The notes: generated from the sequence alone by a model not told the origin. A DNA stretch of 64,000 bases from an uncultured Spirochaetota bacterium (GCA_963796325.1 CAWCLF010000001.1:404928-468927); one strand, 5' to 3'; shown: positions 29,612 to 40,584, counted from the first letter of the stretch. Numbers and translations: made by a program.

Positions 29612-32539
29612 ATGGGTTTTGTAAATTTTCATGTCCATAGCGAATATTCTTTCCGTTCGTCGCTGTTAACCGTTGAAAAAATGGCGCGGTTTGCGGCCGG
29701 GAACGGGTTTGACGGCTGCGCAGTAACGGATTTGAATTCAACTTCCGGCTTCATCGAACTTTCCTGCCGCTGCCCCCTTTCAGGGTTAAAGCCTGTATTC
29801 GGCTGCGAGATTTTCGTGCGGGGCACCGCCGGGAAGGGCAGGTATCCCTTGATAATTATCGCCCTTAATGCGGCGGGGCTCTTAAACCTTTACGCACTCA
29901 ATACCGAAGCAAACAGGACGAATTCCGGCGGCAGGCTCCAGGCGCTGCCCCAGTCCTTTCTTTTCGAACATTCCGAAGGCCTGGCCGTTCTGGCGGAATC
30001 TGAAATTTATTCATATAGAAACGACCCGGAGCTTCTTAAAAAAACCGCCGGGAGATATTCCGAAGCTTTCGGCGTTAATTTTTTCCTGGAGATCAATTAT
30101 AAGGGCGAAAAAAGCATACAGGCATTAAGAGAACTCGCGGAATTGTCCGAAAAGCATTCATTGAAGCCTGTCGCAACCTGCGAAGCCAGGTATCTCTATC
30201 CCGACAGGGAGGCATATCAATTAATAAGAGCCCGCAGAAGCGCGCCCGGTTCCGCCGGGGAATTCGATTATTCCCTCAGGGGAAAGGACGAATTTATAAA
30301 AATTTTCAAGAATCATCCGCCATTCATTGAAAACGCCGAAATGCTGTTCGACTCCATCGGCGGCGGGCTTATTGCAAAGGCTTTCCCGGCTCCCGGGTAT
30401 GTCAACTCCCATTCAAGGCTTAAAAAAATATGCTCCAACAGGCTTGACGAGTTTGAAGGAGATGTAAAATACAGGGAGAGGCTTGAATTCGAATTAAAGG
30501 CTATAAAAGAAGGGGGGATATCGGATTTTTTCCTGTTTTCCCATGAACTGGCCTGCTTTATGAAAGCGAAAGGCATCTTGAGCGGGTACGGGAAAGGTTC
30601 GAATGCCGCGTCCCTGGTACTTTTCCTTATACAGCTCACAAAGATAGATCCATTAAAGCATGAGCTGGACTTTGAATTTTATAAAACGCCGGGAACCGCT
30701 TTTTTTACGGGCATTGAAATCGATATCGACGGCAGGAAAAGGAACGATATTTTTAAATTCATCACGGCGAAATTCGGTCCTCGGAATACGGCTTTATTAT
30801 CCCATATCGACCGCTGGACCGCCCGTTCGGCATTAAGCATGCTGGCCCGGAAACCCGGACCGGGGGAATATTCCGAAACGGCCGGGAAACTGGCCGGCCT
30901 TGCAAAAAAATCAGAGGCGGATCCATCGAGCATTGCCGTTACAGCCGGAAACATCGCAAATTATGCGCCGGTTTACGAAAGTACCGGGGGAGTCATATTT
31001 TCAGGGCTGACCCGGGAGGATTCATCGTTTGTCAATTTCCTCAGGGTGACTCTGAACCCTAACCGGTACGTGTCGATTTTAAGAGACGCCCAGAGGCTTG
31101 CAAAAAAGAGGAACATTGATTTTAGAGATAAGGAAACATTTTCGCTTATCGTCGAGGGCGGCACGGAAGGCGTGTATATTCTCGAAAATTACGGGATACG
31201 CGAATATTTGAAGGAGTGCGCTGCCGACACGGTGCAGGGCCTGTGCGATATAATAGCTGTCTACAGATCGGGGCCCATCGGCGACGGGACAGCCGGGAAT
31301 TACATAACAAGGCGGAAAAACAATCTGAGCTACGGCAGGACTTCCCCGGGCGCGCATAAAACGAACCCGATTACCTGGCAGACTTACGGCCTCATTCTTT
31401 ATGAAGAACAGATCATTAAAATTGCATTTGAAGCCGCGGGCATGGAATGGAAAAGAGCTTTTGAATTTATGAAGGCTGTCCTCGGCAATGACAATCCGGC
31501 GATGCTTTCCTTCAAGGATGAATTTATCGGCGGCTGCATGGAAAAGGGCGGCGACGAGGAATCGAGCTACAGGCTTTACGGCATTCTTGTAGATACGGGA
31601 AGATGGGCGGTAAAAAAAACTCAAACCCTTTCATATGCTTATCTGGCTTATTCCCTGGCTTATATGAAAAAACACAATCCCGCGGAATATCTGACAGCCG
31701 GAATCAACAACAACATGTCAAGTCCCGACATTGTCAACCGCATAATACTGGATATGAAAATCCGTACCGGAATAAAAATACTTCCGGTCGATATAAACAG
31801 GAGCCCGGTGAAATTTTCAATGGAGGACGGCAGTCCAAGGGCCGGCCTCCTGGCTGTAAGGCACCTGGGGAAGGACACTGCGAAGAAAATCGTTACAGAG
31901 AGGGGAAAAAACGGACCGTTTAAGGACATGCTCGACTTCGCGCTAAGGACGGCTTCATCCGGCCTGCATGAAAAAGCGCTTGAAAACCTGGTTAAGGCCG
32001 GGGCTTTCAAAGACTGCGGGTACGGCATTAAAGAACTTTTGAAAGCGGTCCCCCAGGTCCGCAGGTATGCCTGCAGGGAAAACGGCGGAGAGAGCGCAAG
32101 CCTTTTCGGAAGCGACGATATAAAACCGGAGCTCGGGCATTTCATAAAAACGGGCGCCGATTGCGATATAGATTTATCGGAGGCGGAAAAGGAAGCTACG
32201 GATATATTCATCTCGGGGCATCCTCTCGACAGGGTGGAAAACGAACTGGGGCGGTTCAATGTCTGCACGCTTGACAGGGCCGCAGGGCAGGGTTATTGCG
32301 CATTTATTGTATACCTTTTCCAGGTAAAGATATCCTTAAGACCGGCAGGGGCGCCTTCTGCGGCGGCCGTGATCTGCGATAAAAAGGGGATGATGAAAGC
32401 CGTCTTCATACCCGCGGTCTATAAAAATTATTCTTCGATAATCAGGAACCATACTATTTACCTTGTCAAGGGAACGGTAAAGAACGGCCAGCTCATTGTC
32501 GAACAGATTTTTCTTTTCGATGAGATCGTCCGGGAATAA
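29612..32539 (+). CDS. DNA polymerase III alpha-subunit-like protein, short and divergent (PHP + pol core)
   Basis: 975 aa. PHP N-terminus FVNFHVHSEYSFRSSLL. GKGSNAASLVLFLIQLTKIDPL corresponds to canonical GRGSAAGS…DP, IEIDIDG lies at the catalytic-Asp position, and YRSGPI and ILYEEQIIKIA correspond to canonical YRPGP and YQEQ. Confidence 0.65.
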   Translation: MGFVNFHVHSEYSFRSSLLTVEKMARFAAGNGFDGCAVTDLNSTSGFIELSCRCPLSGLKPVFGCEIFVRGTAGKGRYPLIIIALNAAGLLNLYALNTEANRTNSGGRLQALPQSFLFEHSEGLAVLAESEIYSYRNDPELLKKTAGRYSEAFGVNFFLEINYKGEKSIQALRELAELSEKHSLKPVATCEARYLYPDREAYQLIRARRSAPGSAGEFDYSLRGKDEFIKIFKNHPPFIENAEMLFDSIGGGLIAKAFPAPGYVNSHSRLKKICSNRLDEFEGDVKYRERLEFELKAIKEGGISDFFLFSHELACFMKAKGILSGYGKGSNAASLVLFLIQLTKIDPLKHELDFEFYKTPGTAFFTGIEIDIDGRKRNDIFKFITAKFGPRNTALLSHIDRWTARSALSMLARKPGPGEYSETAGKLAGLAKKSEADPSSIAVTAGNIANYAPVYESTGGVIFSGLTREDSSFVNFLRVTLNPNRYVSILRDAQRLAKKRNIDFRDKETFSLIVEGGTEGVYILENYGIREYLKECAADTVQGLCDIIAVYRSGPIGDGTAGNYITRRKNNLSYGRTSPGAHKTNPITWQTYGLILYEEQIIKIAFEAAGMEWKRAFEFMKAVLGNDNPAMLSFKDEFIGGCMEKGGDEESSYRLYGILVDTGRWAVKKTQTLSYAYLAYSLAYMKKHNPAEYLTAGINNNMSSPDIVNRIILDMKIRTGIKILPVDINRSPVKFSMEDGSPRAGLLAVRHLGKDTAKKIVTERGKNGPFKDMLDFALRTASSGLHEKALENLVKAGAFKDCGYGIKELLKAVPQVRRYACRENGGESASLFGSDDIKPELGHFIKTGADCDIDLSEAEKEATDIFISGHPLDRVENELGRFNVCTLDRAAGQGYCAFIVYLFQVKISLRPAGAPSAAAVICDKKGMMKAVFIPAVYKNYSSIIRNHTIYLVKGTVKNGQLIVEQIFLFDEIVRE

Positions 32540-32548
32540 TTTAAAATA

Positions 32549-32577
32549 TTGACATATTTAATAGTACTTATTACAAT
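32549..32577 (+). promoter_or_regulatory. sigma-70 promoter for the rimP-nusA-infB operon
   Basis: TTGACA (32549-54), 17 nt, TACAAT (32572-77). Confidence 0.6.
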
Positions 32578-32658
32578 TATGACGGTGATTGGATGAAAAT
32601 GATAATAGGGAGTCGGATAAACCGGCTCCTTTTTTTTATCAGTAATTTCGGAATTGTT

Positions 32659-33132
32659 ATGAAAGATAAAATCACTGTTATTGCTGAGGATACCGTTTCG
32701 GCGCTCGGCTATATTTTAGTGGAAGCAAAGCGTATCCCGGGAAGGGCCGGAATGGTTTTAAGGGTTGTCATACATAAGAAGAACGCCGATGTTTCGATGA
32801 AGGACTGCGCGTCCGTTTCTAATGTTCTCTTAAGGAGGCTGGAAGTCGAAATCAGGGGATTTTCCGAGAAATATGCCCTTGTCGTCGAATCGCCGGGAGC
32901 CGACAGGAAGATCGGCTCGATGCGGGAACTTTCCTTGTTCCAGGACAGGGAAATGCTTTTTTCTTTGAAAGATCCTGCGAAGCTGGGCTTATTAGACGGC
33001 AGGATTTCAGGCAAACCCTCTGAAATCAGCGGCTCAAGCTTCAAAGTCCTGTATGAAGGCAGGGTATTGGAATTGGACTGGAACGATATTACAGGAGTTA
33101 AATTGTATTTCAACATTAAGGATTACCTGTAA
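32659..33132 (+). CDS. rimP: ribosome maturation factor RimP
   Basis: Start taken at MKDKITVIAEDTVSALGYILVEAK (RimP-like N-terminus). ESPGADRK motif. Directly precedes nusA. Confidence 0.8.
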   Translation: MKDKITVIAEDTVSALGYILVEAKRIPGRAGMVLRVVIHKKNADVSMKDCASVSNVLLRRLEVEIRGFSEKYALVVESPGADRKIGSMRELSLFQDREMLFSLKDPAKLGLLDGRISGKPSEISGSSFKVLYEGRVLELDWNDITGVKLYFNIKDYL

Positions 33133-33146
33133 ACGGAGGAATCATA

Positions 33147-34508
33147 ATGGCTATTACCGATTATATTTTCGAGTTTGCAAAAGAAAATAAAATTTCCAAA
33201 GAACTGGCTATGCAGATATTGACCGAAGCCATGGTAAGCGTTTATAAAAAGAAATTCGGCAAAGAATATGATAATGTGGAAATAGAGCTCGATAAAAAAC
33301 TTTCCATCAACCAGATAAAAGAGATAGCCGAGACGGTCGAAAACAACGTCACCCAGATAACCCTGGAAGAAGCCAAGGGGTATTCCAAGAAAAAAAGCCT
33401 CGACATAGGCGACAAGGTTAAAATACCCCTGACCGTCGAATCGTTCGGCCGCCAGATCGCGCAGATAGTAAAGCAGATATTGAAGCAGAAAGTCAATGAA
33501 ATTCAGAAAGACATCATATACAACGAATTCAAGGGGAAAGTCGGCGAGATCGTAGTCGGCAAGATCAAATCCAGGATGGAAGGCCGCAACAGCGGATATT
33601 TTGTTTCCATCGAGCCCAAAGACGTCGAAGCGTTCCTCCCCGCGTCCGAAACGATCCCCGATGAAATTTTCGAAAGAGGCGATTTCCTGAAAGCCCTGCT
33701 TCTTGAAGTGAACGAAGTTTCGAGCCGCGAAGAATCGCAGCTTATACTTTCAAGGGCAAGCGAAGATTTTGCAAGGGAGCTTTTAAGGACAAACGTGCCT
33801 GAAATCACGGACGGCACCTTCATCATCAGGGCTATTGCAAGGAAAGCGGGAGAAGTAACAAAGGTCGTGCTTTATTCCAATGTCGATTCCATCGATCCGG
33901 TAAGCGTTACGATAGGAAAGCAGGGATCGAGAATAAAACCGATCAGGGCCGAGCTCGGCTCGGAAAGGATCGAAATTATCCGGTACAACGACGACCCTAA
34001 ATTTCTTATAAAAAATGTAATAACTGCAAGCCGCGTACTGAAAAACAGGATAGCCGAAGTTTATCACATCGATCTGAACGGAGAAACCAAGGAAGCGTCC
34101 ATTGTAGTTCCGAATGAATTTGTCGCCCCGCTGATAGGCAAAAAAGGCGTGCATCAGAGGATGCTTGAAAGGATCACGGGATGGCATATAAGGTTCACAC
34201 CTTATTCCGATTATGAAACGAAAATTGCCGAAAAACAGAAAGAGGTCGACCAGATCCTCGGCATTACCGGCAATGAAGAAGTCGAATTCATTGAGGAAGA
34301 GCAGATCCCGATCTCGATGCTTCCTTTTAACGAGAAACAGGTGGAAATTCTTAAGAATGCCGGATTTGAGGATGTGGCTGAAATTATCGAATATTCGATT
34401 GAAGACCTGGCCCGTAAATGTGAAATAAGCCTCGACGAAGCGATGGTGATCTGGAAGGTCATAGAAGATAATGTCGATATTGAAGAGGAAGCAGAAGGGA
34501 ACGAATAA
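33147..34508 (+). CDS. nusA: transcription termination/antitermination factor NusA
   Basis: 453 aa with the NusA N-terminus, S1 and two KH regions (GRQIAQIVKQ…, IGKQGSRIKPI, IGKKGVHQRM). Conserved rimP-nusA-infB order. Confidence 0.9.
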   Translation: MAITDYIFEFAKENKISKELAMQILTEAMVSVYKKKFGKEYDNVEIELDKKLSINQIKEIAETVENNVTQITLEEAKGYSKKKSLDIGDKVKIPLTVESFGRQIAQIVKQILKQKVNEIQKDIIYNEFKGKVGEIVVGKIKSRMEGRNSGYFVSIEPKDVEAFLPASETIPDEIFERGDFLKALLLEVNEVSSREESQLILSRASEDFARELLRTNVPEITDGTFIIRAIARKAGEVTKVVLYSNVDSIDPVSVTIGKQGSRIKPIRAELGSERIEIIRYNDDPKFLIKNVITASRVLKNRIAEVYHIDLNGETKEASIVVPNEFVAPLIGKKGVHQRMLERITGWHIRFTPYSDYETKIAEKQKEVDQILGITGNEEVEFIEEEQIPISMLPFNEKQVEILKNAGFEDVAEIIEYSIEDLARKCEISLDEAMVIWKVIEDNVDIEEEAEGNE

Positions 34509-34538
34509 GGGGCAGTCTTAAGTAAAGGAGGCCTTGAT

Positions 34539-36887
34539 ATGTCCGATGAACAGAAAAAGAAAATTATCAAGAAAATCATAAAATTAAAAACCCCGCAAGC
34601 GGCCGAAAAAAAGATCGACGAGGATAAAGCCGTCGAAAAGGCCGCGGCCTCCGGAAAAGCGCCCGTCGAGACAGTTAAAAAAGCAAAGCCTGCCGCCGAA
34701 GCAGCACCCGTCCGTGCAGCCGAAAAGGACTTTAAACCCAGGGAAGCAGCGAAACCCCAGGGAGCGATGCCGCCCAGGAAATTCGAATACCAGAGGCATA
34801 ACAGGGACCCCAGGGAAGCCGGGATCGGACAGCGGACCGGGCAGCCTTTCCAGCAGAGGGATAGAATGCGGCCCCCGGGCAGCGGCGGATTCAGAAGCGG
34901 AGGATTCGGATTCAAACAGGGCGGCGCCGAAGCGCCGGTGGTCGAAAAGGACCTGGCCGGAAAGGGAAAGCACAGGAATGTGTTTTACGAAAGGGGAAAA
35001 AGCGCTGCCGACATCAAGGAAAAGACCAAAAACAGGGAAGAGGCGATTATCCTTTCAAAAATGGAAGATTCCATCAGGAAAAGATCCAGGAAGGGCGAAG
35101 CCGCAATACCTGAAGCGATCGAGATAGGAGAACTGATCAAAATTTCAGACCTGGCAAAAAAAATGAATCTCAAAGCCGGTGAAATCATACAAAGGCTTGT
35201 GGATCTCGGACTTCAGGCAACGATAAACGACACCATAGACTCCGACACCGCATCGATCGTCGCATCCGAATTCAACTGCAAGGTGACTATCAAGAGCCTG
35301 AAAGAAGAAGTGGAGATCAAGGAAGAAGAGGATAAGGAAAAGAACCTCAAGCCGAGGTCGCCAATAGTGACGATAATGGGGCATGTAGACCATGGCAAAA
35401 CGAAGCTCCTTGACGCAATCAGGAATTCTTCGATAGCCGAGCATGAAACCGGCGGAATAACACAGCATATAGGCGCCTACAGGGTTAAAACCCCGAAGGG
35501 CGAGATCACATTTATAGATACCCCCGGCCACGAAGCTTTTACAGCCATGCGGGCGAGAGGGGCCAATGTCACCGATATAGTCATTCTTGTAGTATCGGCG
35601 GTTGACGGAGTCATGCCCCAGACAATCGAGGCGCTCAATCACGCGAAAGCGGCGCATGTCCCCGTCATAGTCGCCGTCAATAAAATTGACCTCCCCGACG
35701 CAAGCGTCGACAGGGTGAAACAGCAGTTGTCCGAACATGGAGTATTGTGGGAAGAATGGGGCGGCGAAGCGATTTATGTAAACGTTTCGGCGCTGAAAAA
35801 GATCGGCATACAGGACCTGCTCGATGCGATCCTCCTCCAGGCTGAAATGCTGGAATTGAAGGCGGACCCCGATAAAAAGGGGATCGGATTTATAATTGAA
35901 TCGAAAATGGATATCGGTAGGGGGGCTGTCGCCACGGTCATTGTCAAGAACGGCTGCGTCAGGATCGGCGACAACTTTGTCGTTGGAACTACAAAGGGCA
36001 AAGTCAGGGGAATGTTCGACGAAAACGGAAGCAAGGTCGAAATCGCTCTTCCGTCATATCCGGTCGAGATCATGGGCTTCGACGAAGTCCCCAAGGCCGG
36101 CGACAAGTTCTATATCGTGGAAAACGAAGAAATAGCCAAGTCGATTTCGAGCAAGCGCCAGGACCTCAAACGCATCGACGATTCCGCCAATATCAAGAGG
36201 GTCCAGATGCAGAATGCCATGGAGGCTATTACAACTGTTACTGCGATAAAAGAGCTCAAAGTAATAGTGAAGGGAGACGTCCAGGGCTCCGTCGAAGCTA
36301 TCAATAATATGCTGTCCAGGATAGAGAACCCGGATATCAAGGTAACCATAATACATTCCGGAGTGGGAACGGTCCTTGAAAGCGATGTAATGCTGGCGAC
36401 CGCTACGGCGAATACCGCTGAAACGGGGGTAATAATACTGGCCTTCAGGGTAAGAGTGGATTCCATCGCCAAGGAGAAGGCCGAATCCGAGGGCATCGAA
36501 ATTAAGAGATTTACGATCATTTACGAGCTTCTGGATTACATCGAAGGCATTATGAAAGGCATGCATAAGGATGAGATCGTAGAAAAAATAATCGGCAGCG
36601 CCGAAATAAAGGAAATATTCAAGATAAAGGACGTCGGCAAGATCGCAGGCGGCATAGTAAAAGAAGGGTTTATCCGCAAAGCCGAAAAAGTAAGGCTTTA
36701 CAGGGAAGGCGCCCAGGTATGGGGCGGCAAGATCAAGGACCTCAGGCGATTCAAGGACGATGTCGCGGAAGTCCAGGAGGGCTTCGAATTCGGGGTCTCC
36801 TTTGTAAACTACGAGAATTTCAAAAAGGGCGATATACTTGAATGCTTCACCGAAGAGGTGAAAAAATCGGCCAGGGCATCCGAATAG
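34539..36887 (+). CDS. infB: translation initiation factor IF-2
   Basis: 782 aa. Basic low-complexity N-terminus; G domain [17 protein letters not shown]. Confidence 0.95.
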   Translation: MSDEQKKKIIKKIIKLKTPQAAEKKIDEDKAVEKAAASGKAPVETVKKAKPAAEAAPVRAAEKDFKPREAAKPQGAMPPRKFEYQRHNRDPREAGIGQRTGQPFQQRDRMRPPGSGGFRSGGFGFKQGGAEAPVVEKDLAGKGKHRNVFYERGKSAADIKEKTKNREEAIILSKMEDSIRKRSRKGEAAIPEAIEIGELIKISDLAKKMNLKAGEIIQRLVDLGLQATINDTIDSDTASIVASEFNCKVTIKSLKEEVEIKEEEDKEKNLKPRSPIVTIMGHVDHGKTKLLDAIRNSSIAEHETGGITQHIGAYRVKTPKGEITFIDTPGHEAFTAMRARGANVTDIVILVVSAVDGVMPQTIEALNHAKAAHVPVIVAVNKIDLPDASVDRVKQQLSEHGVLWEEWGGEAIYVNVSALKKIGIQDLLDAILLQAEMLELKADPDKKGIGFIIESKMDIGRGAVATVIVKNGCVRIGDNFVVGTTKGKVRGMFDENGSKVEIALPSYPVEIMGFDEVPKAGDKFYIVENEEIAKSISSKRQDLKRIDDSANIKRVQMQNAMEAITTVTAIKELKVIVKGDVQGSVEAINNMLSRIENPDIKVTIIHSGVGTVLESDVMLATATANTAETGVIILAFRVRVDSIAKEKAESEGIEIKRFTIIYELLDYIEGIMKGMHKDEIVEKIIGSAEIKEIFKIKDVGKIAGGIVKEGFIRKAEKVRLYREGAQVWGGKIKDLRRFKDDVAEVQEGFEFGVSFVNYENFKKGDILECFTEEVKKSARASE

Positions 36888-36919
36888 ATCCCTGAACGGC
36901 CGGATGGAGAAAATAAACT

Positions 36920-37294
36920 ATGGCTACAGGCAGAAGGATACAGAGAATAAATAAAACCCTCATGAAAGAGGTAAGCGAAGTAATCCTGCGCGAGGTGAAA
37001 GATCCCAGGATTTTATCCCTGGTGTCGATAGTAGAAGCGAATATGTCGAGCGATCTGAAAACCGCGAAAATACTTGTCAGCATATTCGGTAAGAACGAGC
37101 TCGACAATCTCAAAACTCTCGAGGCATTGAACAGCGCGGCCGGTTTTATTTCTTCCGTTGTCAGCAGGGCCCTTCGCCTGCCCTATGCGCCTCATTTCAC
37201 CTTTGAAAGGACTAATTCGATAGAACTCGGCGTATCGATGAACGTCAAATTGAAGGAACTGGCTGAAAATGAAGATAAAATACAGCGAGATTGA
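36920..37294 (+). CDS. rbfA: ribosome-binding factor A
   Basis: 124 aa. RIQRINKTLMKEVSEVILREVKDPR is typical of RbfA, and the gene follows infB. Confidence 0.9.
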   Translation: MATGRRIQRINKTLMKEVSEVILREVKDPRILSLVSIVEANMSSDLKTAKILVSIFGKNELDNLKTLEALNSAAGFISSVVSRALRLPYAPHFTFERTNSIELGVSMNVKLKELAENEDKIQRD

Positions 37295-38288
37295 CAGGCC
37301 GCCTCTAAAGGTTAAATTAAAAAAACTTCATAAACTTATCCTGGAATCGAAAGCCGTAATTATAGCAGGCCATGTTACCCCGGACGGGGACGATATAGCA
37401 AGCCAGCTCGCCCTGGGGGAGTTCCTGAGGGGCCTGGGCAAAAAATATGTCATAGCCTGGAGCGAGGACGTCCCGAGGGCCTTTAAGTTTCTGCCGAATT
37501 CGGGCTCCATCGAGAATGTCGGCAGGGCCGGCATAGACCCTTCAGGGTACGACTTATTCATTATCGTGGATTCGGGAGACCTTGGCAGGATCGGCAGGAT
37601 AAAAGATTATATCAGGCCCCATCATACGGTCGTGAACATCGACCACCACCGGATGAATACGATGTTCGGCAGCCTCAACATAGTCGAAGAAAAGGCATGC
37701 AGCATAGGGGAGATATTATACTACTATTTCCTGGCGAACGAGGTGCCGATAACGCATGAAATGGCGGTGGACCTTTACGTTTCGATCGTTACCGATACGG
37801 GTTCGTTCAATTACGACTGCATGCACAGGGACGTGCACTACATGGCCGCGGATCTCATGGACGCCGGCATCGTACCCTCTGATTTCAATATACTGCTTTA
37901 CCAGAATAAATCCGGAGATTACATTAAACTCCTCGGAATAGTCCTGAACCGCCTCGAACTCCTCGAGGACGCGAGGATCGCCGTATCGCACCTGGATCTC
38001 GAAGATTTTACGGATACGGACGACGATACCGACGGCATCATCGAGTACCTGGGGATGATCGAAAGCGTTTCCGTTTATATCCTGATCAAGGAAAAATCAC
38101 GGGGGGTCTATACTGCAAGCATGCGGAGCAAATACGACGTCGATGTCGCGAAGATAGCTTCAGGCCTGAACGGCGGAGGCCATATGAGGGCAGCGGGCTG
38201 CAGGACGTCCGACCTCGGCTACGAAGAATTCAAGTCGGAAATCGTCGATAAAATCAGGCTCCAGCTCGGCAGCCGGGCAGGGGTTTGA
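37269..38288 (+). CDS. nrnA: DHH/DHHA1 phosphoesterase (NrnA-like nanoRNase/pAp phosphatase)
   Basis: Motifs HVTPDGDD, VDSGD, NIDHHRMN, VTDTGSF and GGGHMRAAG. Confidence 0.8.
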   Translation: MKIKYSEIDRPPLKVKLKKLHKLILESKAVIIAGHVTPDGDDIASQLALGEFLRGLGKKYVIAWSEDVPRAFKFLPNSGSIENVGRAGIDPSGYDLFIIVDSGDLGRIGRIKDYIRPHHTVVNIDHHRMNTMFGSLNIVEEKACSIGEILYYYFLANEVPITHEMAVDLYVSIVTDTGSFNYDCMHRDVHYMAADLMDAGIVPSDFNILLYQNKSGDYIKLLGIVLNRLELLEDARIAVSHLDLEDFTDTDDDTDGIIEYLGMIESVSVYILIKEKSRGVYTASMRSKYDVDVAKIASGLNGGGHMRAAGCRTSDLGYEEFKSEIVDKIRLQLGSRAGV

Positions 38289-38326
38289 AGCAGGAGATAC
38301 TTAAAGAAAATCAGGAGGATACATAT

Positions 38327-39604
38327 ATGCGTTACGTTTCAAAGCTTGCAATGTCTTGGGGTCTACTGACATTCCTGGCTTTGCCTCTATTCGGAAGCGA
38401 TATTTCGGCCGATTTTTCGAAAGTCACCGTTAAAATCAAACCGGAAGCCATACGCGGCCAGAATGTGAACAATTCGATGCAGATCGCGATGATCAAGAAA
38501 AAGGTAAATCTTATGAAAATACCCGATATCGAGTACCCGGCCGGCAATATCGGGGACCAGATCGACCAGCATCCGACCGACTTGAACAGCCTTAACTTTT
38601 TCCACCTGCAGCAGAGCATGCTCTTAACTCCTTTTACCTTTATGCAGATCAGGCTTTACAAGGGTTCCATAGACGAGGCCCTCCAGGCCATAGACAATGC
38701 GAAAACAAACAAAGTGAGGGTCGATGTATGGAACATCGGGAACGAACCGGACCGCTACAGCGTATTCGGCGCGGCGGAATGGACGGCCGATAAGTACAAC
38801 AGCGCTTTCCGCGAATACTTAACGGCAATGAAGAAAGCCGATCCTGCCGCAAAATTCGCCGGCCCGCTCGTAAGCCAGCCCAAAGACGACTGGGTTTTGA
38901 GCTTTATAAAGGAAGACGGCGATATAGTCGACGTTCTCGACTGGCACTGGTATCCTACAGACGGGAACTGGCAGCCTGCGGATGCGATAGCGACGGCGGG
39001 CGATATTACAAACCAGATCGTACGCTACAGGGGATGGCTTAAAGACCCGGCGGCGAACCCCAAGGGCTATAAAAGGGACATCAAGCTTGCGCTGGGCGAA
39101 TACGCCGTCAGCTGGAACACCCCGAATCCCAATCTTTTGACCGATATGACGGGAGCGATATGGACCGCGGAGGTCATGGGCTACATGGCCATGTACGAGA
39201 TTGATTATTCGACATTTTTCTGCCTGGGCGCCCTCGGCGCCAACGCCGTTTTCGAGGATAAGACCCTGGCTGCACGCCCCGTTTACTGGGTATTTTTATT
39301 CTATGCCAACCATTTCGGCGACGAGATGGTAAATTCCGCATCGTCCGACGGCAGCGTCAAGGTGTTTGCAAGCAAGGACAGCACCGACAACACCGGGCAT
39401 ATATTAATTATCAACGAGGACCTTGCTAATGATAAGGATATCAGCATATCCGTCGACGGCATGGAAGCAAAATCCGTCAAGGGCTATGTTCTCGCCGACG
39501 ATTCGAAGGGCCTGGAACTCGATGCGAAAAAAATCTCGATAAAAGGGAAAAAGATCACCGTCAATATCCCGGCCAAAAGCGTTACGGCCCTTGACATCGA
39601 CTGA
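38327..39604 (+). CDS. secreted TIM-barrel glycoside-hydrolase-like protein (clan GH-A-type NEP motif)
   Basis: Start at the ATG after AGGAGGA, then a signal peptide. VDVWNIGNEPD (acid/base-type NEP motif) and LGEYAVSW (candidate nucleophile). Family not identified. Confidence 0.4.
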   Translation: MRYVSKLAMSWGLLTFLALPLFGSDISADFSKVTVKIKPEAIRGQNVNNSMQIAMIKKKVNLMKIPDIEYPAGNIGDQIDQHPTDLNSLNFFHLQQSMLLTPFTFMQIRLYKGSIDEALQAIDNAKTNKVRVDVWNIGNEPDRYSVFGAAEWTADKYNSAFREYLTAMKKADPAAKFAGPLVSQPKDDWVLSFIKEDGDIVDVLDWHWYPTDGNWQPADAIATAGDITNQIVRYRGWLKDPAANPKGYKRDIKLALGEYAVSWNTPNPNLLTDMTGAIWTAEVMGYMAMYEIDYSTFFCLGALGANAVFEDKTLAARPVYWVFLFYANHFGDEMVNSASSDGSVKVFASKDSTDNTGHILIINEDLANDKDISISVDGMEAKSVKGYVLADDSKGLELDAKKISIKGKKITVNIPAKSVTALDID

Positions 39605-40553
39605 CAAAGCCGGAAGCCCGGACAAATATTCGTTTACCGTGCAGGGCGAAACGTCGGGCCTGCGCCTCGACGTGGCGATAACGCTTTACTGCAGTGAAAA
39701 CGATATCGAATTCTCCAGGAGCTCGCTAAAAGCGAGGAACATGCCCGTGTTTGTCAACGGCAGGACCGAGAAAATGAGCTTCAGGGTAAGCGAAGGCGAC
39801 AAGGTCGAATTCACTCTTATAAAAGCGCCTGAAATGAGGGCGTTCCCCCAGGATGTGGACTTCGGCGTCGTATATTCCGACGAAGACATAGCGGTCGTCA
39901 ACAAGCCTTTCGGCCTGACGGTCCATCCGGCAAAGGGGCATGAAGAAGGCACGCTCGTGCACGGGCTCCTTTATAAAATGGGCGGAGGACTCCCGGTCCT
40001 CTCGGGCAGGGACCGCCCCGGCATCGTGCACAGGCTCGACAAGGACACGGCGGGCCTGATGATAATCGCCCTCAACGAAAAGGCGCACCGCCGACTGTCG
40101 GAAGATTTCAGCGACAGGAAGATCTCGAAGATCTACCATGCGGTGGTCAAAGGCAGGATTACGGAAAACGGCAGGATCGACGAACCGATAGGCCGCTCCC
40201 GCAGGGACCGTAAAAAGATGGCGGTAGTATCCGGGGGCAAAAACGCCGTAACCGAATACAAAGTCCTTGAAAATTTCACATATCACACTTATGTCGAAAT
40301 AAATCTCCTTACCGGAAGGACCCACCAGATCAGGGTCCATTTTAACCATATAGGCCACCCCGTCGAAGGGGACAGATTATATTCCTCGTCGCCTTCCAGG
40401 TACGGTCTAACGGGGCTTGCGCTGTGCGCCAAGAAGATATCGTTTATGCATCCCGTGAAGGGGCTGCCGATGAGTTTCGAGATAGATCTGCCCGGCGAGA
40501 TGGAGGAACTATTGGAGAAGCTGCGGGGGGAGGAAGGGACGATCCGCAGATGA
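39591..40553 (+). CDS. rluD: RluA/RluD-family 23S rRNA pseudouridine synthase
   Basis: S4-like N-terminus (RLDVAI…), catalytic HRLDKDTAGLMIIA, and TGRTHQIRVH. The start is a TTG in the track, so the exact start is uncertain. Confidence 0.8.
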   Translation: MTSTDKAGSPDKYSFTVQGETSGLRLDVAITLYCSENDIEFSRSSLKARNMPVFVNGRTEKMSFRVSEGDKVEFTLIKAPEMRAFPQDVDFGVVYSDEDIAVVNKPFGLTVHPAKGHEEGTLVHGLLYKMGGGLPVLSGRDRPGIVHRLDKDTAGLMIIALNEKAHRRLSEDFSDRKISKIYHAVVKGRITENGRIDEPIGRSRRDRKKMAVVSGGKNAVTEYKVLENFTYHTYVEINLLTGRTHQIRVHFNHIGHPVEGDRLYSSSPSRYGLTGLALCAKKISFMHPVKGLPMSFEIDLPGEMEELLEKLRGEEGTIRR

Positions 40554-40563
40554 CGCAGATAAG

Positions 40564-40584
40564 TCCCTGAGCAAAGCTCAGGGA
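40564..40584 (+). other. perfect 9-bp hairpin 11 nt after the rluD stop, embedded among three CGCAGAT repeats
   Basis: tccctgagc-aaa-gctcaggga, flanked by ccgcagat, gacgcagat and gacgcagat. No U-tract. Confidence 0.5.
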
